Source: a virus
Lineage: Duplodnaviria > Caudoviricetes
Virus record (IMG/VR): IMGVR_UViG_3300027736_000001
Span: 1,311 to 65,310 of that record
Length of the DNA stretch: 64,000 nt
Reading direction: 5' to 3' (one strand)
The notes beneath the pieces were generated by a model. It was not told the origin of the DNA and ran no database searches. It saw only the letters and a list, made by a program, of their open reading frames with translations. Position 1 is the first letter of the stretch. Each line of letters opens with the position of its first letter. Both the position numbers and the translations under genes were made by a program. Positions 47,821 through 57,608 of this stretch are shown here, piece after piece.

Positions 47821-48390
47821 ATTGATCCCATCACGGCATTCGCACTTTGCAAGGGAGCCTATGAAGGCATAAAGGGGTGCGTTGCCGTTTATCAAGACCT
47901 GAAGAAGACAGGCAATGATCTGACAAAGATCACCACGGAAGTGGGTGGGGCGCTCTCAAAGTTTTTCAAAGGCCACGCAGAGCTTGAAGCCAGCCACGAA
48001 AAAGCAGAAGTACAACGGGAAGACAACCAGAAAAAGGGGATTAAAGACGACCTTGCCACACAAGCCATAGACAATGTGATGTATCTGCGGCAGACCAAGC
48101 AGTTTTACGCCGACCTTGAGAAAATGGTGCGCTGGGAGATGGGAATGCCTGATATGTGGCGTGACATCGTAGAAGAGTACCAGCGGCTCTTGGATCAGAA
48201 ATCGGAACAAGCGGCTCGTGAACTGTACGAAAAGCGGGTGAAAGCATGGCGGCGACAAAGGTTAAAAAATCAGATACTGGACAGGGTGCTGGAAACGGTG
48301 GTGGTGGTTTTCGTAATCGGATACCTGATATGCCTAATGTGGATAATCAGTCTTCATCATCGGGGTCGTTTGGATACCTTTTTGTCCTGA
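47821..48390 (+). CDS. Coiled-coil protein with C-terminal TM; probable ATT start
   Basis: Frame open from ATT-GAT-CCC-ATC (DPITAFA) with an in-frame TAA two codons upstream. Confidence 0.55.
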   Translation: MDPITAFALCKGAYEGIKGCVAVYQDLKKTGNDLTKITTEVGGALSKFFKGHAELEASHEKAEVQREDNQKKGIKDDLATQAIDNVMYLRQTKQFYADLEKMVRWEMGMPDMWRDIVEEYQRLLDQKSEQAARELYEKRVKAWRRQRLKNQILDRVLETVVVVFVIGYLICLMWIISLHHRGRLDTFLS

Positions 48391-48572
48391 CACTGTTCGC
48401 ACTGGTCTTTGTGCTGATGATCCCTCTGGTGGGGATGCTATATGTGGATACCATGGTTGTGAAACGGGAGGCCCGAGCGCAGATGGAAAAAACCGAAAAA
48501 CTGCGCAAGCAGATTGAAGACGAAAGGAAAAAAGATGACGGAAAAACTGGAAGCCAAATCGGCCCTCATTGA
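48246..48572 (+). CDS. Membrane protein (TM plus coiled coil), possibly spanin-like; start uncertain
   Basis: YLFVLTLFALVFVLMIPLVGML. Confidence 0.4.
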   Translation: MAATKVKKSDTGQGAGNGGGGFRNRIPDMPNVDNQSSSSGSFGYLFVLTLFALVFVLMIPLVGMLYVDTMVVKREARAQMEKTEKLRKQIEDERKKDDGKTGSQIGPH

Positions 48573-48864
48573 AAAAACGGCTTTTGCCCTTTTGCCCATT
48601 CTGTTCACCTGTGTCGTGTACCTGATGAATGCCCTCTCCACCCTGGCGCATGAGGTGACCATCCTGAACAACAAGATCAGTCTGGTGGTGACCTCAGACA
48701 ATAAGCAGGCCAGCAACACTGGAGCGGAGCTTGCCCGCGAGAAATTGCGCCAAGACTTGGAAAAAGAAGTGCAAAAAAACCGGGATGACATTCAAGTCAA
48801 CCGGATGCACATCGCCATTCTTGAAGAAAAAATTGGTGTCACTCAACGCATAAAAGGAAAATAA
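48535..48864 (+). CDS. Membrane-anchored coiled-coil protein
   Basis: AFALLPILFTCVVYLM; AGGA RBS. Confidence 0.55.
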   Translation: MTEKLEAKSALIEKTAFALLPILFTCVVYLMNALSTLAHEVTILNNKISLVVTSDNKQASNTGAELAREKLRQDLEKEVQKNRDDIQVNRMHIAILEEKIGVTQRIKGK

Positions 48865-49370
48865 TGCTCACTCTATTCTCATCCCTCATCAGCTTCCTGA
48901 TGGGCGGACTCCCAAAAATCCTTGAGTTCTTCCAAGACCGGGCCGACAAGAAGCATGAGTTGGCGCTTGCCGCCATGCAGACAGAGCGGGAACTGACGCT
49001 AAAGAAAGCTGGCCTGGAGGCACAGGAACGCATTGAGCATATCCAGACCGAGCAGATTCAGATCAACGCAGAGGTCACCAATGCTCAGACCGCAATGCAG
49101 GAGCGCCAAGCCCTGTATGCACACGATATAGCCTTGGGCCAAGGGGCCAGCACTTGGGTTATCAATATGCGTGCGGCCACCAGAAGCGTCATCACTTACG
49201 GCATGTTTGTGATGTTCATGTTTGTTGAGATTTTTGGCTTCTATTACGCTTGGCATACAAATGTGGCCTTTGATGTGGCGATCAACCAGCTTTGGGATGA
49301 TGAAACACAAATCATCTGGAGTTGTATCGTGAGCTTCTGGTTTGGCGGTCAGGCGTTTAAATCAAAATGA
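48864..49370 (+). CDS. Putative holin (3-TM type)
   Basis: DKKHEL, TRSVITY, SFWFGG; adjacent to endolysin. Confidence 0.6.
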   Translation: MLTLFSSLISFLMGGLPKILEFFQDRADKKHELALAAMQTERELTLKKAGLEAQERIEHIQTEQIQINAEVTNAQTAMQERQALYAHDIALGQGASTWVINMRAATRSVITYGMFVMFMFVEIFGFYYAWHTNVAFDVAINQLWDDETQIIWSCIVSFWFGGQAFKSK

Positions 49371-49843
49371 ACGTCAGCCCAGAGGCCATCAAGGTCATCT
49401 GCCACCATGAGGGCATTCGGTATAAACCCTACCGCTGCCCGGCAAAGCTCTGGACTGTGGGCGTGGGCCACGTTTTGTACCCCGAACAAGGCAAGCTAAA
49501 AATTGAAGACCGGGATGGATTTGCCCTGCGCCCGGAAGACAACAGACAATTCACCAAGGAAGAAGTAGATGGGATTCTCAGGTTTGATCTTGCAAGGTTC
49601 GAGCGTGGAGTTGTTCAGTTTTGCCCCGTTCCTCTTACACAAGGCATGTATGATGGCCTTGTTAGCTTTAGTTTTAATGTCGGTCTTGGAACACTCCAGC
49701 GTTCAACGCTTCGTCAAAAGCTGCTTCGGGGCGATAAAGCGGGCGCTGCGGAAGAACTCTTGAAGTATTGCATGGCTGGTGGGAAAATACTCAAAGGGCT
49801 GCAAAACCGTCGGATTGACGAACGCGCCATGTTCTTGTCATAG
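49367..49843 (+). CDS. Endolysin, GH24 lysozyme
   Basis: HEG..YKPYRCPAKLWTVGVGH; LVSFSFNVGLG; GLQNRRIDE. Confidence 0.92.
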   Translation: MNVSPEAIKVICHHEGIRYKPYRCPAKLWTVGVGHVLYPEQGKLKIEDRDGFALRPEDNRQFTKEEVDGILRFDLARFERGVVQFCPVPLTQGMYDGLVSFSFNVGLGTLQRSTLRQKLLRGDKAGAAEELLKYCMAGGKILKGLQNRRIDERAMFLS

Positions 49844-49851
49844 GAATCGAA

Positions 49852-52329
49852 ATGCCCTTACAGAAACTTGCATTCAGGCCGGGAACCAACCGAGAAAGCA
49901 CCAACTACGCCAATGAAGGCGGTTGGTATCAAACCAACAAGGTGCGCTTTCGTTCGGGCCAACCAGAGAAAATTGGCGGCTGGGATAGAGATGCGGGGGC
50001 TTTGTCTACTGATGTTGCCGGAGTAAGCACTGCAATTGTTTATCCCACCACAGGCGTGTTGTGGGGTGTTGTGCGTTCCATGTGGAACTGGATAACGTTG
50101 TCTAGCTTTAACTTGCTGGCTCTTGGCTCCAGTCTTAAATACTATATACAGAGTAGCCCTGGTGGCAACTTCTTTGATGTGACGCCTATACGGGCTACTT
50201 CGGGGGTGGGTGGGGCTACATTTGCGGCAACCACAGGGTCATCGACCATCACAGTAACTGACGCAGGGCACGGCGCTCAGACTGGGGACTTTGTAACTTT
50301 CAGTGGAGCAGTGAGTCTTGGTGGCAACGTAACCGCGCTTATTCTCAATGCTGAATTTCAAATCACATATCTCTCTTCAAGCACATACAGCATTACGGTA
50401 TCTGTTGTAGCTACAGCAGGAGATTCAGGAAATGGCGGGGGCTCGGTGTTAGCCACGTATCAAGCCACGACTGGGGGTGCTACGTACACGTTTGGTACGG
50501 GTTGGGGCGCTGGTGGGTGGGGCGGCTCTAATGGACCGTCAGTTACAACAACACTAACAGGCGCATTGGCTACTGTTGGTAACAGCATACTCTCTGCATC
50601 AATAAGCAGTTCTGTTACCACGATAGGCGTTGCCAGTACGGCAACTCTTGCGGCTTCGGGTAGTGTCTTAATTGACAGCGAGATCATTTCTTACACAGGG
50701 GTAACCGCTACAACTTTGACGGGCTGTACACGGGGGGCAAGCGCTACTGTTGCCGCTTCGCATCCTTCGGCTACGGGCGTTATCCAGTACTCCACAGTAA
50801 CAATCAACGTCACATCCACAACAGGCTTCTCTGCTTCTGGTACTTTTAGTGTCACTGGAGAAGTGATTTCTTACACTGGGGTAACTGCTACAACCTTTAC
50901 CGGGTGTGTACGCGGGTACGCAGGGTTTGTAACGACACACGCTATTGCAGACAGTGTTCGTCAGTATGCAGCTTCTGCCACCGGGTGGGGAGTTGCGGCT
51001 ACAACAGGAATTGGAATTCAGCTACGAACATGGAGCCAGTCAAACTTTGGTGAAGACCTTGTGTTTAATGCGCGTGGCGGTCCCTTGTACTACTGGGAAG
51101 TTAACAACAATCCCAATATTTTTGATCGGGGTGTGATAGTTCTTGCAGGTACGGGAGGGGTAGATGCTACGTGCCCATCTCTTGTCAACTACGTACTGGT
51201 ATCCGACGCATCTAGGTTTGTTATTGCTTTTGGCGCGAATGATCCAACTGGGGTGTATGCCACCGTTGCGCTTGATCCCATGCAAATTCGTTGGTCAAAC
51301 CAAGAAGATTACAAAACCTGGACGCCTGCTATTACCAACCAAGCAGGGGATTACAGGCTTAGTCGTGGGTCTGCAATTATCACGGCCCAACAAACTCGAC
51401 AAGAGATTTTGGTGTTTACTGATGCGGCAATTTACTCCATGCAATATATTGGCCCACCCTACGTGTGGAGCTTCCAGATATTGGGTGACAACATTTCCAT
51501 TGCTGGCCCCAATGCTGTGGCAACCGCTACCAACATCACGTACTGGATGGGGTTAGACCAGTTCTACCAATACTCTGGTCGAGTAGATATTTTGCCATCT
51601 ACGCTGCGTGAATATGTATTTACCGACATCAACAGAACACAGTCTTTTCAGTTTGTGGCTGGAACCAATGAAGGCTACAACGAGGTCTGGTGGCAGTACT
51701 GCTCAACCAACTCCACCGTAATTGATCGGTATGTGATCTACAACTACAAAGACAATGTTTGGTATTACGGTGACTGGACAAACTACACGGGCACAGCTTA
51801 CCAAGGGCGTACAGCATGGCTTGATAGTCCGTTGCGGTATTCTCCAATGGCGGTTGCCTATGGGTCTGCTGGCGGAAGTGAAAATGGTTTGTTGGTTTAC
51901 CACGAAGACGGTGTAGATGACGGCACGGTTAATCCGCCTGTCCCAATTGTGGCCAATGTGCAGTCATCCGACTTTGACATTGGGGATGGCAACAACTTTG
52001 GGTTTGTGTGGCGCTTGATTCCTGATCTGACGTTTGACGGCTCTAACGTTAACCAGCCGACTGCGTATTTCACGGCACTTCCAAGAACTTTTCCTGGCGC
52101 GGCGTATGGGAACTCAAACGATCCGGCGGTGACCAGCACCCAGAACTACCAGAACCAGATCACGTACAACATACAGCAGTTCACTCAGCAGGTCTATGTA
52201 CGGATTCGTGGACGGCAGATGGCGTTTAAAGTCAGTTCTGGCACTGCCGGATCAACGACAGACGGCTTGGGGGTGCAGTGGCAACTGGGCGCTCCTCGTA
52301 TTGACATTCGTCCTGATGGGAGGAGATAA
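49852..52329 (+). CDS. Tail hub/stabilisation protein (P22 gp10-like)
   Basis: MPLQKL.FRPG, VRFRSG.PEKIGGW, IRWSNQE, C-terminal RPDGRR. Confidence 0.65.
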   Translation: MPLQKLAFRPGTNRESTNYANEGGWYQTNKVRFRSGQPEKIGGWDRDAGALSTDVAGVSTAIVYPTTGVLWGVVRSMWNWITLSSFNLLALGSSLKYYIQSSPGGNFFDVTPIRATSGVGGATFAATTGSSTITVTDAGHGAQTGDFVTFSGAVSLGGNVTALILNAEFQITYLSSSTYSITVSVVATAGDSGNGGGSVLATYQATTGGATYTFGTGWGAGGWGGSNGPSVTTTLTGALATVGNSILSASISSSVTTIGVASTATLAASGSVLIDSEIISYTGVTATTLTGCTRGASATVAASHPSATGVIQYSTVTINVTSTTGFSASGTFSVTGEVISYTGVTATTFTGCVRGYAGFVTTHAIADSVRQYAASATGWGVAATTGIGIQLRTWSQSNFGEDLVFNARGGPLYYWEVNNNPNIFDRGVIVLAGTGGVDATCPSLVNYVLVSDASRFVIAFGANDPTGVYATVALDPMQIRWSNQEDYKTWTPAITNQAGDYRLSRGSAIITAQQTRQEILVFTDAAIYSMQYIGPPYVWSFQILGDNISIAGPNAVATATNITYWMGLDQFYQYSGRVDILPSTLREYVFTDINRTQSFQFVAGTNEGYNEVWWQYCSTNSTVIDRYVIYNYKDNVWYYGDWTNYTGTAYQGRTAWLDSPLRYSPMAVAYGSAGGSENGLLVYHEDGVDDGTVNPPVPIVANVQSSDFDIGDGNNFGFVWRLIPDLTFDGSNVNQPTAYFTALPRTFPGAAYGNSNDPAVTSTQNYQNQITYNIQQFTQQVYVRIRGRQMAFKVSSGTAGSTTDGLGVQWQLGAPRIDIRPDGRR

Positions 52330-52330
52330 C

Positions 52331-52657
52331 ATGGGCTTTAAAACCGTTACCCCACCGCGCCTGCCCTCGGCTCCAACTGAGTACAACGCTCAGTATCAAG
52401 AGCAATTTATGAATATCTTGCGGCTGTACTTTAACCAGATAAACGCCCCGCTGCCTGCAATATTTGCGTCTGCCGGAGTAGGGACTACCGGGGTGGTGGC
52501 GGGTTTAACTTTTGCCCAACCAAGTTCTACTACATCTGGACAGTTCGTTATCAGCTTACCCACGCAAGCCGACTTTGCCAACCTGCGTTCTGGTGACATT
52601 TACTACGATACTTCGGGCGGTGTGGCAACCAGCTACCCTTTGCGGATAAAAGCCTGA
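52331..52657 (+). CDS. Small tail protein
   Basis: PRLPSAPTEY..NILRLYFNQI; GGAG RBS. Confidence 0.55.
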   Translation: MGFKTVTPPRLPSAPTEYNAQYQEQFMNILRLYFNQINAPLPAIFASAGVGTTGVVAGLTFAQPSSTTSGQFVISLPTQADFANLRSGDIYYDTSGGVATSYPLRIKA

Positions 52658-52696
52658 CATGATACGATCAACCAACCCCCCATTTACGAGGCAAAA

Positions 52697-54349
52697 ATGA
52701 GCCTTCAACAAGCCGCACAACATCTCGCCGCCCAAGGGCGAGGCAAAGACACGACCTTGGTCCACATGACCCCCAACGAGGTTCGTGGGCTGCAACAAAT
52801 TGCTATGGCCGCTGGGGGGTCTTTGACCATTAACCCTTCTACGGGTTTACCCGAAGCTGGGTTTCTTGAAGACATGTTGCCCATGATTATTGGCGGTGGC
52901 TTGGCGGTTGCTACAGGCGGAACTTCGCTTGCTTTAACCCCCGGAATGATTGGCCTTGGGGTTGGTGGTATTCAAGCTTTGCGTACTGGCAACTTGATGG
53001 ATGGCGTTAAAGCAGGTTTAGGTGCTTATGGCGGCGCGGGGCTGGGCGCAGGGATGCTTGGTTTAGGTACTCAAGAATTGGGCACTCAAGCGGCACTTTC
53101 TGGCGGGAACGCCGCCCAAGCAGTTACCACGGCACAAGCAAGTCCGTTTGCCACTGCTGGTAAAGGCTTGGAGACTATGTTTGGCGGTGGTAACACCGCA
53201 GCGGGTGCTTCTGGTTTAAGTGCCGGAGTTGATGCTATGGGCGGTATTTCGGGTCTTGCCAAGTCTGGGTTGGCAGGGTTAGCCCCCATGATGATGCACG
53301 AATCAGAAGCCCCACCCCCTGTAACCCCCGACAAAGATATGGGTCAGCGGTATTCCTACAGCGCAGGGCCGACTACGCCGTTCCCGCAGCCCAACGTACC
53401 ACGGGCTGGGTCTCCAGAGCAGTTCCAAAGCTTTGGCAGAGAGCAACGCTACTTCACTCCGGGCTACACCAAAATTGGTGCAGACCAAGCCAAATCGTTA
53501 TACGGGTTTGCCGAAGGTGGAGAAACCACAATTAAATACGATCCGGGCAAACAACAGTACGAGGCCATCAAACAAGGTCAGAGTCGTAGCCCAACCACTC
53601 AGGAATTGGTAGACGCCGGAAATGGCGGCGGTGGCGGTGGCGGTGGTGGCGGTGGTAGTTCTACTGGCTCTTCTAGTTCTTCTAGTTCTTCTGGCTATGG
53701 AGATTTTGGCATGGGCGCAATTGGCGCAGGCCAAGCCCTGTCGGGTTACGGTTCCATGTTGGGTGGTTTGGCTCCTGGCGGTATGTTGGCGGGTTTGATC
53801 GGTGCTGGGATGCTGGCTCATGGTATTGGGCAATTGGGGGAAGCGGAAGGCGCGGCAGCAACTATGGGCGGTGTTGCCGATAGCAGTGGAAGTTATGGCG
53901 GCAGTGCTGCTGGCGATGCGGCCATAGGTGGTTGGGGCGGTGGTGAGGGTGGCGCTGAAGGCGGTGGCGATGCTGGCGGTGGAGGCGGTGGAGGCGGCGA
54001 TGCTGGCGGTGGCGGGGAGGCTCATGGTGGTTTGATGCACGCCTATGCTGCCGGTGGCGGATATAACCTCGGCGATTACTCCGATGGTGGCCGACTGCTT
54101 CGTGGCCCCGGAGATGGCGTGTCTGACTCTATTCCTGCCACAATCGGTAAAAAACAACCTGCTCGTTTAGCCGACGGTGAATTTGTGGTGCCTGCACGTA
54201 TCGTGTCCGAGTTGGGCAATGGCTCGACCGAAGCAGGTGCGCGTAAGTTGTACGCAATGATGAATAGAGTTCAATCGGCCCGTGGCAAAACTGTGGGCAA
54301 TGGCAAGGTTGCCAAAAACAGCCGAGCCGAACGCTTTTTGCCAGCATGA
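52697..54349 (+). CDS. Gly-rich internal virion/ejection protein
   Basis: GRGKDTTLVHM..INPSTGLPEA; hydrophobic Gly segments; GPGDGVSDSIPA..LADGEFVVPA. Confidence 0.6.
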   Translation: MSLQQAAQHLAAQGRGKDTTLVHMTPNEVRGLQQIAMAAGGSLTINPSTGLPEAGFLEDMLPMIIGGGLAVATGGTSLALTPGMIGLGVGGIQALRTGNLMDGVKAGLGAYGGAGLGAGMLGLGTQELGTQAALSGGNAAQAVTTAQASPFATAGKGLETMFGGGNTAAGASGLSAGVDAMGGISGLAKSGLAGLAPMMMHESEAPPPVTPDKDMGQRYSYSAGPTTPFPQPNVPRAGSPEQFQSFGREQRYFTPGYTKIGADQAKSLYGFAEGGETTIKYDPGKQQYEAIKQGQSRSPTTQELVDAGNGGGGGGGGGGGSSTGSSSSSSSSGYGDFGMGAIGAGQALSGYGSMLGGLAPGGMLAGLIGAGMLAHGIGQLGEAEGAAATMGGVADSSGSYGGSAAGDAAIGGWGGGEGGAEGGGDAGGGGGGGGDAGGGGEAHGGLMHAYAAGGGYNLGDYSDGGRLLRGPGDGVSDSIPATIGKKQPARLADGEFVVPARIVSELGNGSTEAGARKLYAMMNRVQSARGKTVGNGKVAKNSRAERFLPA

Positions 54350-54750
54350 AAATTGAAGCCGTAGATACTGGGCACGTCCATCAGGTTTGGCCGATGGTTG
54401 AGGGCTTTATTGACTCTGCGCTCAAGTTTTCCAAAGGGGACTACGATACCCAAGCTGCTAAAGTACTTGTATCTACCGGCCAATGGTCGTTGCTTGTTGC
54501 CGTAAATGACGAAGGCGTACAAGGCGCGGCAACCGTATCTTTTTATAACCGCCCGAATGATCGGGTTGCTTTCATCACTGCTATTGGCGGCAAACTAATC
54601 AGCAGCCCAGAAACTTTTGCGCAATTGAAACAAGTTTTGTCCCGATATGGGGCAACTTGTATTGAAGGCGCAGCCCGTGATTCGATTGCTCGTCTGTGGA
54701 CACGCTACGGGTTTTCGGAAAAATACAAAATTGTTGGGGTCAGCATATGA
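54346..54750 (+). CDS. GNAT-fold-like protein (P22 gp14 position)
   Basis: AFITAIGG...ARLWTRYGF. Confidence 0.5.
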   Translation: MKIEAVDTGHVHQVWPMVEGFIDSALKFSKGDYDTQAAKVLVSTGQWSLLVAVNDEGVQGAATVSFYNRPNDRVAFITAIGGKLISSPETFAQLKQVLSRYGATCIEGAARDSIARLWTRYGFSEKYKIVGVSI

Positions 54751-57605
54751 ACTACTCTCGTCGTCAGCTTTATGCAGTAGGTGAACTTTTGGGCGAGTGC
54801 GTAACTCGCAAAGAAGGTGGTCGTGTCATTTACGGCGGTGGCGGTTCTGGCGGTGGTGGCGGCACTCCTTCACAAACAACTCAAATTACTGAATTGCCTG
54901 AGTGGGCACGGGGGTACGCCAAAGACACGCTAGCCAAAACATCAGCGTTGACGGACATTAACCAGAATCCATATAAAACCTACGATGCAAACCGCATTGC
55001 TGGGTTCTCTCCGTTGCAGCAACAAGCCATGACACAAGCCGGAAACATGGGTACTGCTCCTCAGTTGGATACCGCCTCTGGGTTGGCTGGGTTGGCTGGC
55101 CAACGGGCTATGGGGACGAGCTATAACGCGGGACGGTTTGGTAATCAATTTCAAGCACCTGCTGCCTATCAGGCTGGGCAATTCAACGCCCAACAAGTCA
55201 ATGCACCTGGACTACAAGATTATCAGATGCAAGGGCCGTCAGATGTAAATGCGCCTGGGCTACAACAATATAAGATGGACCCAGCCCAACAAGTAGGCAC
55301 GCAAGACTACACAGGCTCAAACGTCAGCCAGTACATGAACCCCTACATGCAGAATGTGGTGGATATTCAGCAGCGCGAAGCCCAACGCCAAGCCGACATT
55401 GCTGGAACTCAACGTGGTGCCCAGGCAGCTAGGTCAGGGGCATTTGGCGGTTCTCGTGCGGCCATTATGGATGCAGAAGCTGCACGTAACTTGGCTACCC
55501 AAAAGGGCGACATTCAAGCATCCGGGCAGAACGCCGCGTTTCAAAACGCTCAGCAGCAATTCAACGCCCAGCAACAGGCCAATCTGCAAGCGCAGCAAGC
55601 TAACCAAGGCGCGGGCCTTACGGTTGGACAACAGAATCTTGGCGCTCAATTGGGCATACAACAACTGGGCGCAGGGCAAAATCTTCAGTCTCAGCTTGCT
55701 AATCAGCAGATGGGCTACAACGTACGCCAGCAAAATCTTGGTGCGCAGTTACAAACTCAACAACTTGGCGCTGGGCAAAACCTCCAGGCACAGTTGGCCA
55801 ATCAACAGCAAGGCATGGCCGCGCAACAATTGGGGGAACAGTCTCGGCAGTTTGGCGCTGGTCAAGGCATGACTGCTGCTCAGCAACGCGCACAGTATGG
55901 GCTATCAGGCCAACAACTTGGCGAACAATCTCGTCAGTACGGCGCTGGTCTGGGTATGCAAGGCTTGCAAACCGGCTTGCAAGCTGCGGGGCAGTTGGGG
56001 CAATTGGGTGGCCAACAGTTTGCCCAAGGTATGGATATCAACAAGCTGCAAAATGCTTACGGCACACAACAGCAAGCGTTGGAACAGCAGGGTTTGAGTC
56101 AGTCGTATCAAGACTTCTTGAATCAGCAGAACTACCCGTACAAACAGTTGGGCTTCATGTCTGACATTTTGCGCGGTACGCCTACGGGTTCGTCGTCTGT
56201 TACACAGATGTACCAAGCTCAGCCCGGTGGGTTGCAGCAGTTGGCGGGTTTAGGTATGGGCGCTTATGGCGTTAGCCAGTTGATGAAGGCTGACGGCGGT
56301 TTTGTGCATGAGTATGCTGATGGTGGCTCGGTCACAAGTGATTACAACACCGCCGACATCATTGACAAACTGAGCGATCAGCAATTGCAAGCAGCCCGGC
56401 AAAATGCGCAGGCCCGCAAAGACATGGGCACGCTTGAACTCATCGACGAGGAACTAGCACAAAGGGCTTCCGATCGTGGCGGCATGTCTGCTGCGTTTAA
56501 CCAGCTTCCCCCCAATGCGCAAGAGAATATGTACAAGGCTGCAAACGGCGGTATCGTAGCCTTTGCTGGTGGTGGGTCTTATGGGAAACAGGCTCAAGAA
56601 GCCATTTCTGGTCTGAGTGGAATGTCGCTTACTACTCCAACGCCCGAAGAATACGAACAAGGCGTGAACGCCCGTATGCCGTTCATTGAGAAAATGTATG
56701 GCGCAGATACTTTGGCCCCGTATTTGGCTGAGACTAAAGCTGAACGGGAGAAGTTAAGGAGCGGTAAAGACGTAGATGAAGCCAAAGGTCTCGGCGCGTT
56801 GTTGGCTGCGGCCAAGATGATTAGCGCCCCCAACATATACCAAGGCGCTGGAGGCGCAATTGAAGCGTTTACTGGCGAAGTTGCCCGAGTCAAGAAAGAC
56901 AACAAAGAGGCTGAGCGTTTGTTGCGTTCTTCTGAGATTCAATTGGCTACTGCCGCACAAGCCCGTAAAGAAGGCATGACTAGCAAAGCTATGTCGTTGC
57001 AAGACAAGGCCGAAACCAAAGAAATGGAAGCCCAAAAACTTAGAGTCGGCGTGCAAGAAAAGACCGCTCAATTGCTGGGTGGTCTGGCTCAATCTGAAAT
57101 GACTGCTCAAAGCCATTTGCAAGCTGCGGGTATCTCTGCAAACAAACCCACGGACTTAGCTCGTCAAACGGACATTGTGTATCAAGGGATGCTCGAAGCT
57201 GGAGCACCTGCTAACAAACAGACGCTGGCCAAAGCTGCTGCTCAAGCCGCAAGTGATCTTGGTCGGTATCCAGGTGAAGCTCGTGCTGCCGCTGCGCAAG
57301 AAGGGCAGAAAGCAAAAGATAGAAAAGCAGCCATAGAGGCATGGAATGATAATAAACTATCAGATAAAGAGTACAAAAATTTAAAGAAAGCCGACCCGGA
57401 TCGGGCCGAAGCGTATCGAGATGCGTGGATTGAGCGGGAGATGGGCGTCGGTAAACCTGCCCCCCAAGGAGCCCCAACGCCAACACCAGCGCCAGTACGG
57501 GGAGCGCCTGCAACGCAAAGCGGTCCAAAACCGGGTACAGTACAACAGGGGTATCGTTATAAAGGCGGCGACCCTGCAAATCCATCAAGCTGGGAAAAGG
57601 TATAA
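54747..57605 (+). CDS. Gln-rich DNA ejection/pilot protein
   Basis: YMNPYMQNV, GAFGGSR, QQLGAGQNLQ repeats. Confidence 0.65.
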   Translation: MNYSRRQLYAVGELLGECVTRKEGGRVIYGGGGSGGGGGTPSQTTQITELPEWARGYAKDTLAKTSALTDINQNPYKTYDANRIAGFSPLQQQAMTQAGNMGTAPQLDTASGLAGLAGQRAMGTSYNAGRFGNQFQAPAAYQAGQFNAQQVNAPGLQDYQMQGPSDVNAPGLQQYKMDPAQQVGTQDYTGSNVSQYMNPYMQNVVDIQQREAQRQADIAGTQRGAQAARSGAFGGSRAAIMDAEAARNLATQKGDIQASGQNAAFQNAQQQFNAQQQANLQAQQANQGAGLTVGQQNLGAQLGIQQLGAGQNLQSQLANQQMGYNVRQQNLGAQLQTQQLGAGQNLQAQLANQQQGMAAQQLGEQSRQFGAGQGMTAAQQRAQYGLSGQQLGEQSRQYGAGLGMQGLQTGLQAAGQLGQLGGQQFAQGMDINKLQNAYGTQQQALEQQGLSQSYQDFLNQQNYPYKQLGFMSDILRGTPTGSSSVTQMYQAQPGGLQQLAGLGMGAYGVSQLMKADGGFVHEYADGGSVTSDYNTADIIDKLSDQQLQAARQNAQARKDMGTLELIDEELAQRASDRGGMSAAFNQLPPNAQENMYKAANGGIVAFAGGGSYGKQAQEAISGLSGMSLTTPTPEEYEQGVNARMPFIEKMYGADTLAPYLAETKAEREKLRSGKDVDEAKGLGALLAAAKMISAPNIYQGAGGAIEAFTGEVARVKKDNKEAERLLRSSEIQLATAAQARKEGMTSKAMSLQDKAETKEMEAQKLRVGVQEKTAQLLGGLAQSEMTAQSHLQAAGISANKPTDLARQTDIVYQGMLEAGAPANKQTLAKAAAQAASDLGRYPGEARAAAAQEGQKAKDRKAAIEAWNDNKLSDKEYKNLKKADPDRAEAYRDAWIEREMGVGKPAPQGAPTPTPAPVRGAPATQSGPKPGTVQQGYRYKGGDPANPSSWEKV

Positions 57606-57608
57606 AGT

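Noticed and set aside
53624-54020. GGC/GGT and TCT runs as contingency microsatellites
   Set aside because: In-frame, codon-mixed Gly/Ser linkers that cannot shift frame
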